Translations under genes and position numbers: made by a program
Virus record (IMG/VR): IMGVR_UViG_3300008116_000125
Location: 7,713 to 71,712 of that record
Reading direction: 5' to 3' (one strand)
Source: a virus
Length of the DNA stretch: 64,000 bases
Part shown: positions 1 to 14,476 of the stretch, in pieces
How positions within the stretch are numbered: the stretch's first letter is position 1
How the letters are laid out: every line of letters starts with the position of its first letter
The notes under the pieces: generated by a model
What the model saw: the letters and a program-made list of their open reading frames with translations, nothing else
What the model was told of the DNA's origin: nothing
Databases searched by the model: none

Positions 1-1235
1 GAGGTTCCAAATCCAGCAGATATCTTTATACCTGTTATGTTTGTTCCAGACGTGAAAAGCATATTATCATATTCTAGATCCTGATAAAGTATATCAGCTA
101 CTTGTTGGCCAACATCATTAGTTTCTACTAGTACGAAAGCATTGTTGTAATGTCTAGCAAGTTGAATTATGACGTTAGGGTATAGAACGGGATCTATTAA
201 ATTATCTCTAAATGACGCTACATCTTTGTATGGTAACTCAGTTGCATCAAAAACTTTAAATGCTGAATAGTCTCCTTCTTTACCACGAGCTGTATCGACC
301 GCTATAAAATATACATGACCTTCCTCAGGCTCAAAATATACTTTTAAATTTTTATCTGATTTTATAGGATTAGAATATGTTAGCATTCTAAGCTTTGTTC
401 CAGATATTAACGTAGAGGATGATCCTAAAAACTCACACTCAAACTCTTCTCTAAATTGCTCTTCGGAAGTATTGCGTATTGTTTCTTGTTTCCACTTTTC
501 GTCTCTACCTGGAACTTGACTCCAGTGAACGTCAATTCTCTTATAGTCGTTTCTTCCGTCTTCACTATCTTTCCAGATTTTATAGAAGAGGTTTAAACCT
601 TTAGGTGTAGATGTTATTAATACTTTGGTGGTTTTACCAGAAGAAATTGTTGGGTAAACGGAAGCAAAAAAGTCTTCCTGAATGTGATTTGGTACAAACG
701 CAAACTCATCAAGATAAACTAGGTTTTGAGATGTACCTCGAATAGCACTGGAAGCTGTAGAACTGGCTGTAATTCTAGATCCGTTTTCTAATTCAACAGA
801 CCCCTCGTTCCATTTAATTATACCTTGTTGAAGCCACTTTGGTAGTGCTTCGTAAGCCATTTGTATCCTACCAAGTATCTCTCTGGCTTGTTCTGCTTTA
901 TGGGCAAGTATAGCGACTGAGTAATTTTCATTAAACAGAACACTATGTAGTATGTAAGCGGCAATTGTTGTGGTTTTGCCCACCTGTCTAGGCATCTTAC
1001 ATATTACAAAACGTTCAGCAGCTGCTGTTCTTACAATATCAGCCTGATAATCGTAAAGCTTTAAAGGAATAAAACCTAAGTCAACGTTAACAATCTTTAC
1101 ATATGTTTCAACAAAATATACTGGGTCTCTTGAACATTTTAAGAACTCATTTACAAGCTCTTTTGTCCATTCTACCTGTACATCGTTGCGTTTTAGATTT
1201 TTATTACCAAGATAAATGTCACTCTTTTGCGCCAT
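1..1235 (-). CDS. gp17: Terminase large subunit (T4 gp17-like), runs off the left edge; not in the ORF track
   Basis: Manual translation from ATG at 1235: MAQKSDIYLGNKNLKR...KMPRQVGKTT (Walker A)...NLVYLDEFAFV (Walker B)...ITSTPKGLNLFY...QFREEFECEFLGSS; directly follows gp16. Confidence 0.96.
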   Translation of the reverse strand, partial: MAQKSDIYLGNKNLKRNDVQVEWTKELVNEFLKCSRDPVYFVETYVKIVNVDLGFIPLKLYDYQADIVRTAAAERFVICKMPRQVGKTTTIAAYILHSVLFNENYSVAILAHKAEQAREILGRIQMAYEALPKWLQQGIIKWNEGSVELENGSRITASSTASSAIRGTSQNLVYLDEFAFVPNHIQEDFFASVYPTISSGKTTKVLITSTPKGLNLFYKIWKDSEDGRNDYKRIDVHWSQVPGRDEKWKQETIRNTSEEQFREEFECEFLGSSSTLISGTKLRMLTYSNPIKSDKNLKVYFEPEEGHVYFIAVDTARGKEGDYSAFKVFDATELPYKDVASFRDNLIDPVLYPNVIIQLARHYNNAFVLVETNDVGQQVADILYQDLEYDNMLFTSGTNITGIKISAGFGT

Positions 1236-1614
1236 TATTTTTTATTAGTTTCTGTAATTCAGCTGTGCTACCAACAAATAGATTATTATTAATTGTAGTG
1301 GGAGATTTTTCACCTTCAAGCTCTTTTCTCCTTTTAGAAAGTTCTAAAAGGTCTTTATTTGCTGCAGCAAGAGAGTTTATTATTGTAGCAGCAACTTCAA
1401 AGCTGCGCGGATGCTGTGACATACCTGCTACGTCAAGTATACCGTCAAGAGCTTCGTTGCCCTTTTCAATAATATTAATTAAATTACCTCTGGCGTATTC
1501 AAAGTCGGTCTTGACGTTTATTTCTTCTTGAGGTGTTTTTTCAACCTCAAATGTTTGTATTGGAGCTAGATCAAGTGCCTGATCTATAGCTTCACTCTTC
1601 TTTAATTGAGTCAT
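1219..1614 (-). CDS. gp16: Terminase small subunit (gp16-like)
   Basis: DFEYARGNL...HPRSFEV...TINNNLFVGSTAELQK motifs typical of T4-like gp16; lies between gp15 and gp17. Confidence 0.88.
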   Translation of the reverse strand: MTQLKKSEAIDQALDLAPIQTFEVEKTPQEEINVKTDFEYARGNLINIIEKGNEALDGILDVAGMSQHPRSFEVAATIINSLAAANKDLLELSKRRKELEGEKSPTTINNNLFVGSTAELQKLIKNNGAKE

Positions 1615-2404
1615 AATTAATTACATATCCATAGTTGCTGTTAGCAGTTATCTGTGATCTATTTATGGTGTCATTAGCACTATTTGTTGGACTGCCATTT
1701 GCAAGTTGTCCCGGATATATTGTTACATTATCATGATCTGAGTTAGCATTAAATGAGGGGAAGAAATTTGTATTTGCAAGAGTAATAATCTCAGATTTTC
1801 TAATAGGTCCAAAAATATACCCCTTCATTGTAAAATCAAGAGTCCATACTAACGCTCTTCTTTCAGCGTAGCTACCCTCGTAAATATCCTCAGAGGTTAC
1901 ATTTATTAAAGTAGTTGGTATATCTAATTTTATATCTAATTCTGGTATTAAATTAACAGTTGCAGTCCACTCCGGAGTAAAAAAAGGAAGAATCTGTTCA
2001 AGAATTCTAGTACCGTCCTCAGTATTTTTTACCGCGATGTAGAGTGAAAAATTAAGATCGTATGGTACAGGGTTATATGCGTACTTAAGCTGATTGTTAT
2101 CTAAGCTATCTTGTTTAATAAATCCTTTTTTAACGGTAGATAGTTTTCTTGTTGGTGCGTAATTGAGGGATGTAAGTTCAAAACTTATTCTTGGCAATAT
2201 TACAGAAAATGGCTTTTTTAGATCTGGATCTTGAACGTTGCGAGTAATAAGTTTATCTTTAGGTGCATAAGTTATAGGGATCTTTATAGAAGAGATGTGA
2301 TCACCGTCGGCGTCATCTCTATTAATATAGAGATCGTTAAATAATGTACCAAAAAGAATTACATATTTTCTAAGATGTCCGTGATAAAAGGTTTGACCAA
2401 ACAT
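1592..2404 (-). CDS. gp15: Tail sheath stabilizer / tail terminator (gp15-like)
   Basis: FYHGHLRKYVILFGTLFND, IPITYAPKDK, LPRISFE, PVPYDLNF, QILPFFTPEW motifs; synteny. Confidence 0.93.
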   Translation of the reverse strand: MFGQTFYHGHLRKYVILFGTLFNDLYINRDDADGDHISSIKIPITYAPKDKLITRNVQDPDLKKPFSVILPRISFELTSLNYAPTRKLSTVKKGFIKQDSLDNNQLKYAYNPVPYDLNFSLYIAVKNTEDGTRILEQILPFFTPEWTATVNLIPELDIKLDIPTTLINVTSEDIYEGSYAERRALVWTLDFTMKGYIFGPIRKSEIITLANTNFFPSFNANSDHDNVTIYPGQLANGSPTNSANDTINRSQITANSNYGYVINYDSIKEE

Positions 2405-3129
2405 TATACTGCTCCAGTACTAAAAGGATCAATCTCAGAAAAGTCTACAAATGCATCAGATTCAGTTTGTATTTCATCATTATCTGCAATAGGATCAACA
2501 GTATTGAGTTCCCATTCAATAGAGAGTTTATAGCCGTCTTCATCAGTAAGCGAGTAGTAATTCTTATCTTCAGTATAGAGAGCGTAGGATGATGTAATAA
2601 AGCTGTATCTTGCCATGAGATCATCAACTTCGTACAGCCCTGTCTGAAGCAGCTCTCCACTGTATTCAAATAATTCACACTGCAGGTCGTATGTTTGTAT
2701 CGATCCTAATTGATAAAAAATAGCTTCATGCTCAACAAATTTAACTTGATAAAGCTTTTGATTAATAGGAAAATAAATTAAATCGCCTTCTTGTGGTCTT
2801 GTCGTAGCTTCAACTGTAGCAATTTCTGTATCGTATACTTTTTTCGCTATAGTAAATGTAATTTTATCTCTTATTTCAAGATTAAATTTACTTAAAAACT
2901 CGCCTTCTCCTTCAAATCCTTCTACATTCTTAATATAGAGCTCAACATTATAAAAGGATTTATATTCAGAAGATGGATCCTCACCATATATTTCATCTTT
3001 TGCTTTAATAATCCTGGGCATGTAGTACATGTCCTGCCCGTACATTCTAATAGACTCAACAACAAGATCTTCTATAAGAAGCTGTTCTTGACTATTAGTA
3101 TAGTTATTAAAGAAGAAATTAGTTGTCAT
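2404..3129 (-). CDS. gp14: Neck protein gp14
   Basis: EQLLIEDLVVESIRMYGQDMYYMPR, GEFLSKFNLEIRD, RPQEGDLIYFP, DFSEIDPF. Confidence 0.93.
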   Translation of the reverse strand: MTTNFFFNNYTNSQEQLLIEDLVVESIRMYGQDMYYMPRIIKAKDEIYGEDPSSEYKSFYNVELYIKNVEGFEGEGEFLSKFNLEIRDKITFTIAKKVYDTEIATVEATTRPQEGDLIYFPINQKLYQVKFVEHEAIFYQLGSIQTYDLQCELFEYSGELLQTGLYEVDDLMARYSFITSSYALYTEDKNYYSLTDEDGYKLSIEWELNTVDPIADNDEIQTESDAFVDFSEIDPFSTGAV

Positions 3130-3134
3130 TTAAA

Positions 3135-5497
3135 TTAAAAAGAAACGCTGGTGTTAACTAATGTAACATTAGCAATAGTAATAGATACATTTTGCCACGC
3201 CGGCCATGCAGGGTTTGTGTCAACATAGTATCCCCAGTTGCTGCTATTCCAGCTAGAGAATGTTAAGTTATTAGATACTGCATTAATAGTAGGAGTATCA
3301 GAAATTAATGTGTACGAAGTGCCCTGTATGGTTGCGGTTGCATTACTTGTAGAGTTAGTGGAAACACTATAGAATACATCTTTTGTTTTGCTATCATTGT
3401 TTGTTTCAGTTGTACCCCATCCTATTAAAGTATTTCCCACTCTAATACCAAGCTCACCTGCTAAACCAAGTTGTACAGCTGAGTTGCTATAGACTTGAAA
3501 TTTATTAACTATATTTCCGTCATAGTCAAAGATAACGGAGAAAGTAGAATATATAGTCGCCGAATTAGAGGTAGCATTTACAACCTGAGCTCGACAAGAT
3601 ACTATTACAGTGTTTGTAGTAGTATCAATATTAATTTTTGTCTGACCTGACCCACTGTTATCGCTACCGGCCCACCCGTACTGGCCGACAACAACGTTAG
3701 CACCCCAATATTTTGTCCATTGAGGTACACCAGAAGAATTAAATTTAGTTACGTAGGGGGTTTGATCACCACTAAATTTTATAGGGTTGTAAGCTCTAGT
3801 TCCGGTAATATAAACGTTTTCGTTTTGATCAACAACTACACCGTGTATACCTCCTCCTACAGCATTAGATCCAGCAGCGAAGGTGTTAGGGGATAAGTGC
3901 CAGGTGAGCCCTCCTACTGCTAGCGTTGTAGGTCCTTTAAATATAACACCGTCATAATTATTTGCAGCAGCAGAGCCTGCAATATAGATAAAGTTATTAG
4001 TTGCCTGTATATCTTTAAGTTCAACGCTGGAATATCCCCCATTAATAGTTCTTATGTCTCTACCGACTACTAGAGCTCTCTACCGACTACTAGAGCTCCG
4101 TCGCTTGCGTTTATTTTACCTATCCAGGGGACATTTCCTATTCCTGTGTACGAACCATAAGCCATTATGTATACATATCCTCCAGCATACGCAACACCGC
4201 CAGCCGTGCCTTGTACTGCTAAAGATGATCCGCTACTAGCAAATTGTTTTTGCCATACTATTGCTCCTGTACTGTCGAGCGTTAATAGAACAGCAGAAGA
4301 GGACGAGCCACCGTAGTGACTTATATACCACACATAAGAGTTTCCATCCGGATCAGCAGCAACTCTTTTACCGATTGGACCTCCAAAAGTAGATGCGTTT
4401 GTAATTCTTTTAGCCCACGCTATTACTCCGGTGCTGCTCATCTTAAATATGTAAGGAGTAAGAGTGTTGGCAGTATCATCAAAAAGAGATGTACAAACAA
4501 TAATATTATTAGAGCTATCTTTTCCGTATGCTGTATAATAACCAGTATTATCGTATGTTGTATTAGAGTAATTACTTGGAGCAACTGACATTAAGAAGTT
4601 GCTAATAGCTGTAATAACAAAGTATAAAGTTTGATCAGCAAAACGATTTGTATCAGCAGCAGTTGCTCTTATTACAACAGCAGCATTAGCTTGAGCTGTG
4701 TTAGGGGTACCTGTAATGCTGGATCCAGATATTGCTAAGTTAGCAGGCAGTGTACCGGATTGTACGGAGTAGGTTATTGATTTGCCTGCTGCACTGTTTG
4801 CTTCAAGCGTTATTGTATTAGCTGCTCCAGTGCTTAAAGAATATGCTGATCCATTTGCTGGAGATGCCCAGGTTACAGCGTCTTTAGTATAAGTTACACT
4901 AAATGTTCTAGGGGTTTCTTGATTCTGTGCATCTATTGCATCTACGTAGAACGTGTATGTCGTAGTAGGATCAGAAGCAGGAATAGTCCCTGATAGCACA
5001 CCATTTGCCGCTAATGTGAGGCCTGATGGTAGAGTATTACCAGCTGATACTGCAAACGTTACGTTGCCGTCACCGGTAGCTTGCAAAGTAACTGAGAAAG
5101 AATTCGTTTCATACGGAGAGCCGAGAGTCCCAGCTGAGGTAGTCCAGCTAGGTGTACCTGAATATAAAAGACCTGGAACGGCTATAGCAGTACCTCCGTC
5201 GGCATTGACCACATATAACGAAACAACTCCTGGAGAACCTGCCGGTGTAGTAAATGAAAGAGCTGTAGCGTTTATGTAACCGACAACCCCTGCTTGATTA
5301 CCATTAAGATAAATTGTACTGCTAGCTGAAAAATTATCTCCACGAACAATAACTGTCTGACCTCCTGCAGGATCGGCAGCTGTATCATCTCCCGGGTAAT
5401 CAATAGATGTTATTTTAGGAGGTAACCCTGCAGCGGCTACTATGGCTGTGGTGACTTCTGCTGCAAGACTTTCTGTTCTAATTTGCGTTAAAGACAT
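3135..5497 (-). pseudogene. Ig-like (IPT/TIG + He_PIG) plus beta-propeller virion adhesin, frameshifted by a 20-bp tandem duplication; track ORFs 4070..5497 and 3135..3440 are parts of one gene
   Basis: Removing one copy of the 4057-4096 repeat gives an open 2343-nt frame (780 aa): ...GALVVGRDIRTINGGYSSVELKDIQ...VVVDQNENVYITG...YVTKFNSSGVPQWTKYW...GIRVGNTLIGWG... ending at 3135. Confidence 0.88.
4057..4098. repeat. Exact 20-bp tandem duplication TCTCTACCGACTACTAGAGC x2
   Basis: Copies at 4057-4076 and 4077-4096, followed by a further TC. Confidence 0.97.
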
Positions 5498-5506
5498 TTC
5501 TATTCC

Positions 5507-6478
5507 TTATCCTATCATATCGTAAACTGGTAAGCTATAATTATTAATCATTGATTCTTCTAATTTATCAATTGTAGCTTTAGCATCATCTAAAATCTTT
5601 TCACCATTAAACTGTACCCCACCGGGCAATTGCATCCCTGTAAATTTAGTAAGATTAGTACCCCACTGATATTTAATTTTAGCTGTTGCATATTCTTGAA
5701 GCCATCTATCACCCCATGCATCCGTAAAGATGTCTGGGTTTACAACCTCATAAGCTTCTACTAGTAGATGATCACCAACTTTCATTTTAGACCAGTCCAT
5801 ATCAATGTAAAGTCTATTTCTATGTCTGTTATATCTAATGGGTTGTTGGCCTACTAAAATTTCCTGGATAAGCGCAAGATGCTGCATTACCATGTAATAA
5901 GGAACCATTGATACAGAAGTTAGTGTGTACAGATCATTTAATGCAATCTGATATCTGATACTAAACATGTCGTTAGTACCGACGGTTGGATCTCCTATTG
6001 GAAATACTCTAACTGCACCGATAATATTATCAGGTAATATAATTGCACCATCACCCACAGTAATTGATAAGTTGGCCCCGCTTCCGGTATTACTGGAAAA
6101 CACAGCAGCCGAGCTTGTTGTGTAGCCGGTGCCGTATGAGGTAAAATTTAATGATTTTATTGTACCGTTTGAAAAAGTAGATACGTTTGCTGATGCCCCT
6201 GAGCCGCCGGTAAATGTGACGGTCTGGGAGTTTGAATATCCGGAACCTCCGCTATTAATTAGAATATTATTAATAGCATTGCTGGATTCACTGCCGTTAA
6301 TTCTGTATTTGTAGTATACTTTTTCTGAACCATCAAAATGATAATCCCAGAAATATTTGAGAGCTTCATCTATTCTGTCATCAACTTGATCATCATCAAC
6401 GTTAATTTCAATGACTGGTTTGCCTAATTTTCTAAGGCAATACTCTTTGAATTCTGCGCGAGAGGAAGGAACGGCCAT
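5507..6478 (-). CDS. gp13: Neck protein gp13 with an internal Gly/Ser-rich inserted domain
   Basis: SRAEFKEYCLRKLGKPVIEINVDDDQVDDRIDEAL, KYQWGTNLTKFTGMQLPGGVQFNG. Confidence 0.94.
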   Translation of the reverse strand: MAVPSSRAEFKEYCLRKLGKPVIEINVDDDQVDDRIDEALKYFWDYHFDGSEKVYYKYRINGSESSNAINNILINSGGSGYSNSQTVTFTGGSGASANVSTFSNGTIKSLNFTSYGTGYTTSSAAVFSSNTGSGANLSITVGDGAIILPDNIIGAVRVFPIGDPTVGTNDMFSIRYQIALNDLYTLTSVSMVPYYMVMQHLALIQEILVGQQPIRYNRHRNRLYIDMDWSKMKVGDHLLVEAYEVVNPDIFTDAWGDRWLQEYATAKIKYQWGTNLTKFTGMQLPGGVQFNGEKILDDAKATIDKLEESMINNYSLPVYDMIG

Positions 6479-6499
6479 ATTAACTCCTATAGTTAGAAG

Positions 6500-6507
6500 T
6501 ATTTATA
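6500..6507 (-). promoter_or_regulatory. T4-type late promoter TATAAATA upstream of gp13
   Basis: Exact consensus on the minus strand in the intergenic gap, about 22 nt before the gp13 ATG, with an AGGAG RBS between them. Confidence 0.8.
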
Positions 6508-6518
6508 CGGCTTAATTA

Positions 6519-9059
6519 TTAAAAACTGAGCATTACCGTGTTTGAAGATGCATTAGTAATTTTAGCAGCTCTATAGTATCCTCCGGATGTATCACCACTA
6601 TAATGTACTGTGTTTGCTAGCAGATCATATGTATTATTTGCTGTAGTGTTGCTAAGCATATTATTTGATGCAGAGGAAATAAAGCCAATTCCAGAGCAAG
6701 CGTCACTGAAAGAATAAGCATTTCCGCTTGTGTAAAGTGTTAATGAACTCTGTCCATATACAATCTTATTATTGCCGTATATACCTGGTATCTGATATTG
6801 TATATCAGCGCTACTTGTTGCGTTTGAATATCCGTTAGATGGAACTACTAAGCTAATAATTTTTGGTGCTCTGCCATCAGCAGTGTTAGCTTCTTCAACT
6901 GTGCCCGTAATGTATAATTTGTCTTCTTTTAAATCTATACCAGCTAAAACGAAAGATGTAAAAGAGCTGTTTTGAGAAAGTACCTTTTGATAGTCTATAG
7001 CACCGTTTGATGCATGTAGTCTAAAAATATAACCTCTAGCATCATTTCCAAGTCCTCCGGTACCAGTCTCTGTTGCAGCTACGTAGATGTAGTTATCCTT
7101 GTACTTTACTGTGTTTGGTATCCATCTCCGGCTAGCGGCAGTATTAGCAAAAGCAGAGTTCCAGGTATATGTCCCGCCGTTATTTAAATTACTATTTGCC
7201 CAGGTAGTAATATTTAAATATTGTCCGTTGGTTGAAAATCCTATCGCAGAAACAGCACCATTAGTATTAACATCTCCGTTTACAAAGACTGAAGGGTAAA
7301 CAGAAGAACTGTATCTTCTAGAAACATATCCTGTGTATGAATCAATATTGGTAGTATTAGATACAGCTATGGCAGCAAAGCCGTAATTATCACCTGTTAT
7401 AAGAATGTTATTTGTGTTAGGTACAAGTTTAATGTTGATAGGTATATGTGCGCCAATACCGACATCAGCAATAACACTACCTGAAGTAGAATTAATAGTA
7501 AGTAGGTGAGGGTCAAAATATCCAGAATTAGCAACTGAATAATAAGAGCCTTTATATGGTACGTTTCTATACATTAAAACATAAAGATCACCATCTTTAT
7601 TAAACTCAATACAAGCAGCAACGGGGTAAGAATTACTGTAATTGTTTCTTAATCTGTTAATCCATTGACGCTGTCCGGATGAGTTGTATTTTGTTATGAA
7701 TAAAGAGCTGTTAGCTCCAACGTCTGTATGCGTGTTGAAAGCAAAATAAACATTATCCTGAGAATCAACTGCAGATGCTTTAGCAGTAAGGTAGGTATCC
7801 GCAATAACTGAAGATAGAAATTGTGGGGTATATCCTATACCATAGAATGAGGTTTGTCTACCCATTCCATCGTCATCATTTATTATATTAGAAACTGACC
7901 AATTAACATTACCTTGTTTATTATGTGCTACTATTGTTGCAAATGTAGCTAAAGGGCCAAACGTGCAACTAGAAGAAACTAAGGATGTACTTATTACTAA
8001 ATTATTTCCGGCTTGAATACCGGAGCTATGTGCCATACCGTAAGTATCAGATCCAACATTAAGAGTATTCCCGGCATATGTACCAGCAAAGGTAATCGGT
8101 AAAAGAATAGTAACACTGAATATCCTGTCGGCATCCTGTTCTTCATCGTCAGTGGCTCTGACGGTAAAGTTATAAGTTGTATCAGCGTTAGGATTTAATG
8201 TGCCTGTTAGAAGACCGTTTGCAGCAAGAGTTAGCCCAGAGGGCAGCGCTCCAACATTACTATAGGTTATACTATCGGAACCCTCAATAGCAGCAAGACT
8301 TATATTAGCTGTAAATGGTGCAACACCACCAGTTAAGGTAGCACCTGTAGACCAAACAGGGGTATTAGAGGTTGCGAGGATATTAAGACCGATTGCTAGT
8401 CCGCCGTCCGGGTTAGTAGCATAAACAGAGTAAGATCCAGAAGCAAGTGCTGGAACTTGAACTCTTAACTGACTTGAATTAACTCTTGATACAGAAGTAG
8501 CAACTGTATTACCTAAAAGCACATTTACACCAGATAAAAATCCTGCGCCATTTATAATAATATAACCACCAGCTGTATCTAATGCTACATCATCTAAAAC
8601 TCCCCAGGTAGAGTTTGCAATTTGTACATTAGCAATTCTTGGAGCAAGTGCTGCTGAACCTCCAATGTATGTGTTTTCTGGTAATACGAATGCTGTGCTG
8701 TTTGAAGAAAGAGTTGAATCACCTATTACTATTGAATTGCCAGATAGGTAGAGGTCGTTAAATCTTGAATTACTAGATCCTAGATCGTATGCAACGTTTG
8801 CGTTTGGTATAATATTGCCGCCAACAGTAATTGTGTTGGAAGCTTTATCAAATAAGAATGCACTTGAACCGTTTGAGTTGCCGCTGTCATTAAATAATAC
8901 TTGTGTATTAGAGCCCCCAACAGGTGTTAGATCACCTTTATCTCCTTTGGATCCGGTATCCCCTTTAGCGCCGGTATCACCTTTAGCACCAATATCCCCC
9001 TTGGTACCTTTGTCACCTATAAAAGAAGAAGCGAGAATATTACTTAGTAGTTGTGACAT
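6519..9059 (-). CDS. Virion fibre/adhesin: short collagen, IPT/TIG-like, He_PIG-like and beta-propeller domains
   Basis: GDKGTKGDIGAKGDT collagen; IPNANVAYDLGSS fibre motif; LPSGLTLAANG He_PIG motif; AVDSQDNVYF...FITKYNSSGQRQW propeller blades. Confidence 0.75.
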   Translation of the reverse strand: MSQLLSNILASSFIGDKGTKGDIGAKGDTGAKGDTGSKGDKGDLTPVGGSNTQVLFNDSGNSNGSSAFLFDKASNTITVGGNIIPNANVAYDLGSSNSRFNDLYLSGNSIVIGDSTLSSNSTAFVLPENTYIGGSAALAPRIANVQIANSTWGVLDDVALDTAGGYIIINGAGFLSGVNVLLGNTVATSVSRVNSSQLRVQVPALASGSYSVYATNPDGGLAIGLNILATSNTPVWSTGATLTGGVAPFTANISLAAIEGSDSITYSNVGALPSGLTLAANGLLTGTLNPNADTTYNFTVRATDDEEQDADRIFSVTILLPITFAGTYAGNTLNVGSDTYGMAHSSGIQAGNNLVISTSLVSSSCTFGPLATFATIVAHNKQGNVNWSVSNIINDDDGMGRQTSFYGIGYTPQFLSSVIADTYLTAKASAVDSQDNVYFAFNTHTDVGANSSLFITKYNSSGQRQWINRLRNNYSNSYPVAACIEFNKDGDLYVLMYRNVPYKGSYYSVANSGYFDPHLLTINSTSGSVIADVGIGAHIPINIKLVPNTNNILITGDNYGFAAIAVSNTTNIDSYTGYVSRRYSSSVYPSVFVNGDVNTNGAVSAIGFSTNGQYLNITTWANSNLNNGGTYTWNSAFANTAASRRWIPNTVKYKDNYIYVAATETGTGGLGNDARGYIFRLHASNGAIDYQKVLSQNSSFTSFVLAGIDLKEDKLYITGTVEEANTADGRAPKIISLVVPSNGYSNATSSADIQYQIPGIYGNNKIVYGQSSLTLYTSGNAYSFSDACSGIGFISSASNNMLSNTTANNTYDLLANTVHYSGDTSGGYYRAAKITNASSNTVMLSF

Positions 9060-9074
9060 GTTATCTTATTCTAG

Positions 9075-13316
<4,242 letters not shown>

Positions 13317-13342
13317 GTGGCATCATCCATCTAACAATTTTG

Positions 13343-14476
13343 TTAGTAATTTATGTCGTTTCTATGTCTTGAAGTCCAAATAACAAGATTATATTTGGTG
13401 CCGGTATGTACCGTTCTGCCTTCGTGTCCATGGGTAACTTGCCCAGGCCATAGAATCATTTTTCCTACTGGAGTATTTATATTCGATAAATTCTGTCTAT
13501 GAAAATATGTTTCACCGCCGGTATATCCATCGTTTAATTTAACCAGACCTGACACTAAAGAAGCATCATGATGACATTTTAAATTAGACTGTGTTTTCTG
13601 GTCATACTTAATAATAAACGCATCTCTTAAACCATACATTAATAATGGCCACCAGAATTTTTCAATAGCAGGATTTATAGTTTTCTTAAAATGTTCTTCT
13701 AGCTCATTCCAAAAATCCATGGAGAATTCTCTAATTCTAATTTCCTGCCCTGGAAACTTATCTCCATACATCGATTCCCACTTGCCGTTTCTTTCGGCTA
13801 AATCAATAAGCTTTTTGCAATTCTCTGGAGTCATGAAATCCATTTCGAGTATCTCACTGTGCGGAGCCAGTTCTCTACACTCAGTGGTATGAATCATTTC
13901 AATACCAGATTTGCTAGTACCAACGCTTACATTTACACTGAGAATCTCGTTAACAATACTATCAAACTTTGCTTTAGTAGAATTACCACCATTGCCATGA
14001 AGTATGCACGGACAGCACTTGGTAGCTGTATTAATAATTTGCTTGTTTTTTTGAATTCTTAAATCGTTTTCAGCACCAGCTAAACATTGAAACAGATAAT
14101 TTTCGTGATCAAGCGCTATGCTTAATTCATTGCTTACTTTAGCTTTGATATATTGTTTTTGAAGGAAAAGCTGATCGTCTTCACTGTCGTCTATATCTTG
14201 ATCTAAAAGTTTCTTAATAGCATGAACATATCCAATATAAACTCCGCTATTAAGGTAATTATATTCAGTATCGCTTTTTGGAAAGAATCCTGCAAGCTCC
14301 TTTGAAGGCCAGCATGCTTTTTCTGCCGCAAAAAGAACATCTACTCCAAAGCCTTTAAATCTTTCAAGTATAGTCTCTTTGCTATCATTAATAAAAACAT
14401 CGTAACCGTCGACAAAGAGAACAATATCATTATCAGATAGAAATTTAATGTAGTTTTTAACCAGGTTCAGTTTCAT
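13343..14476 (-). CDS. PLOD-like (procollagen lysyl hydroxylase) protein: GT-A glycosyltransferase domain (N-terminus apparently truncated) plus 2OG-Fe(II) hydroxylase domain
   Basis: VLFVDGYDV, LFAAEKACWP, YLNSGVYIG, DDSEDDQLF, LDHENYLFQ, ILHGNG match the PLOD GT domain; FIIKY...HHDAS...YTGG...WPGQVTHGHEG...GTKY match the PLOD hydroxylase domain. Confidence 0.88.
   Translation of the reverse strand: MKLNLVKNYIKFLSDNDIVLFVDGYDVFINDSKETILERFKGFGVDVLFAAEKACWPSKELAGFFPKSDTEYNYLNSGVYIGYVHAIKKLLDQDIDDSEDDQLFLQKQYIKAKVSNELSIALDHENYLFQCLAGAENDLRIQKNKQIINTATKCCPCILHGNGGNSTKAKFDSIVNEILSVNVSVGTSKSGIEMIHTTECRELAPHSEILEMDFMTPENCKKLIDLAERNGKWESMYGDKFPGQEIRIREFSMDFWNELEEHFKKTINPAIEKFWWPLLMYGLRDAFIIKYDQKTQSNLKCHHDASLVSGLVKLNDGYTGGETYFHRQNLSNINTPVGKMILWPGQVTHGHEGRTVHTGTKYNLVIWTSRHRNDINY

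Noticed and set aside
1103-1531. + strand 142-aa ORF and other short opposite-strand or nested ORFs in the track
   Set aside because: They overlap well-supported genes and have no recognisable motifs
4070-4072. TAG readthrough or alternative genetic code to explain the broken adhesin
   Set aside because: The continuation is in a different frame, and TAG is a normal stop in other genes (e.g. gp25, dCMP deaminase, nrdB)
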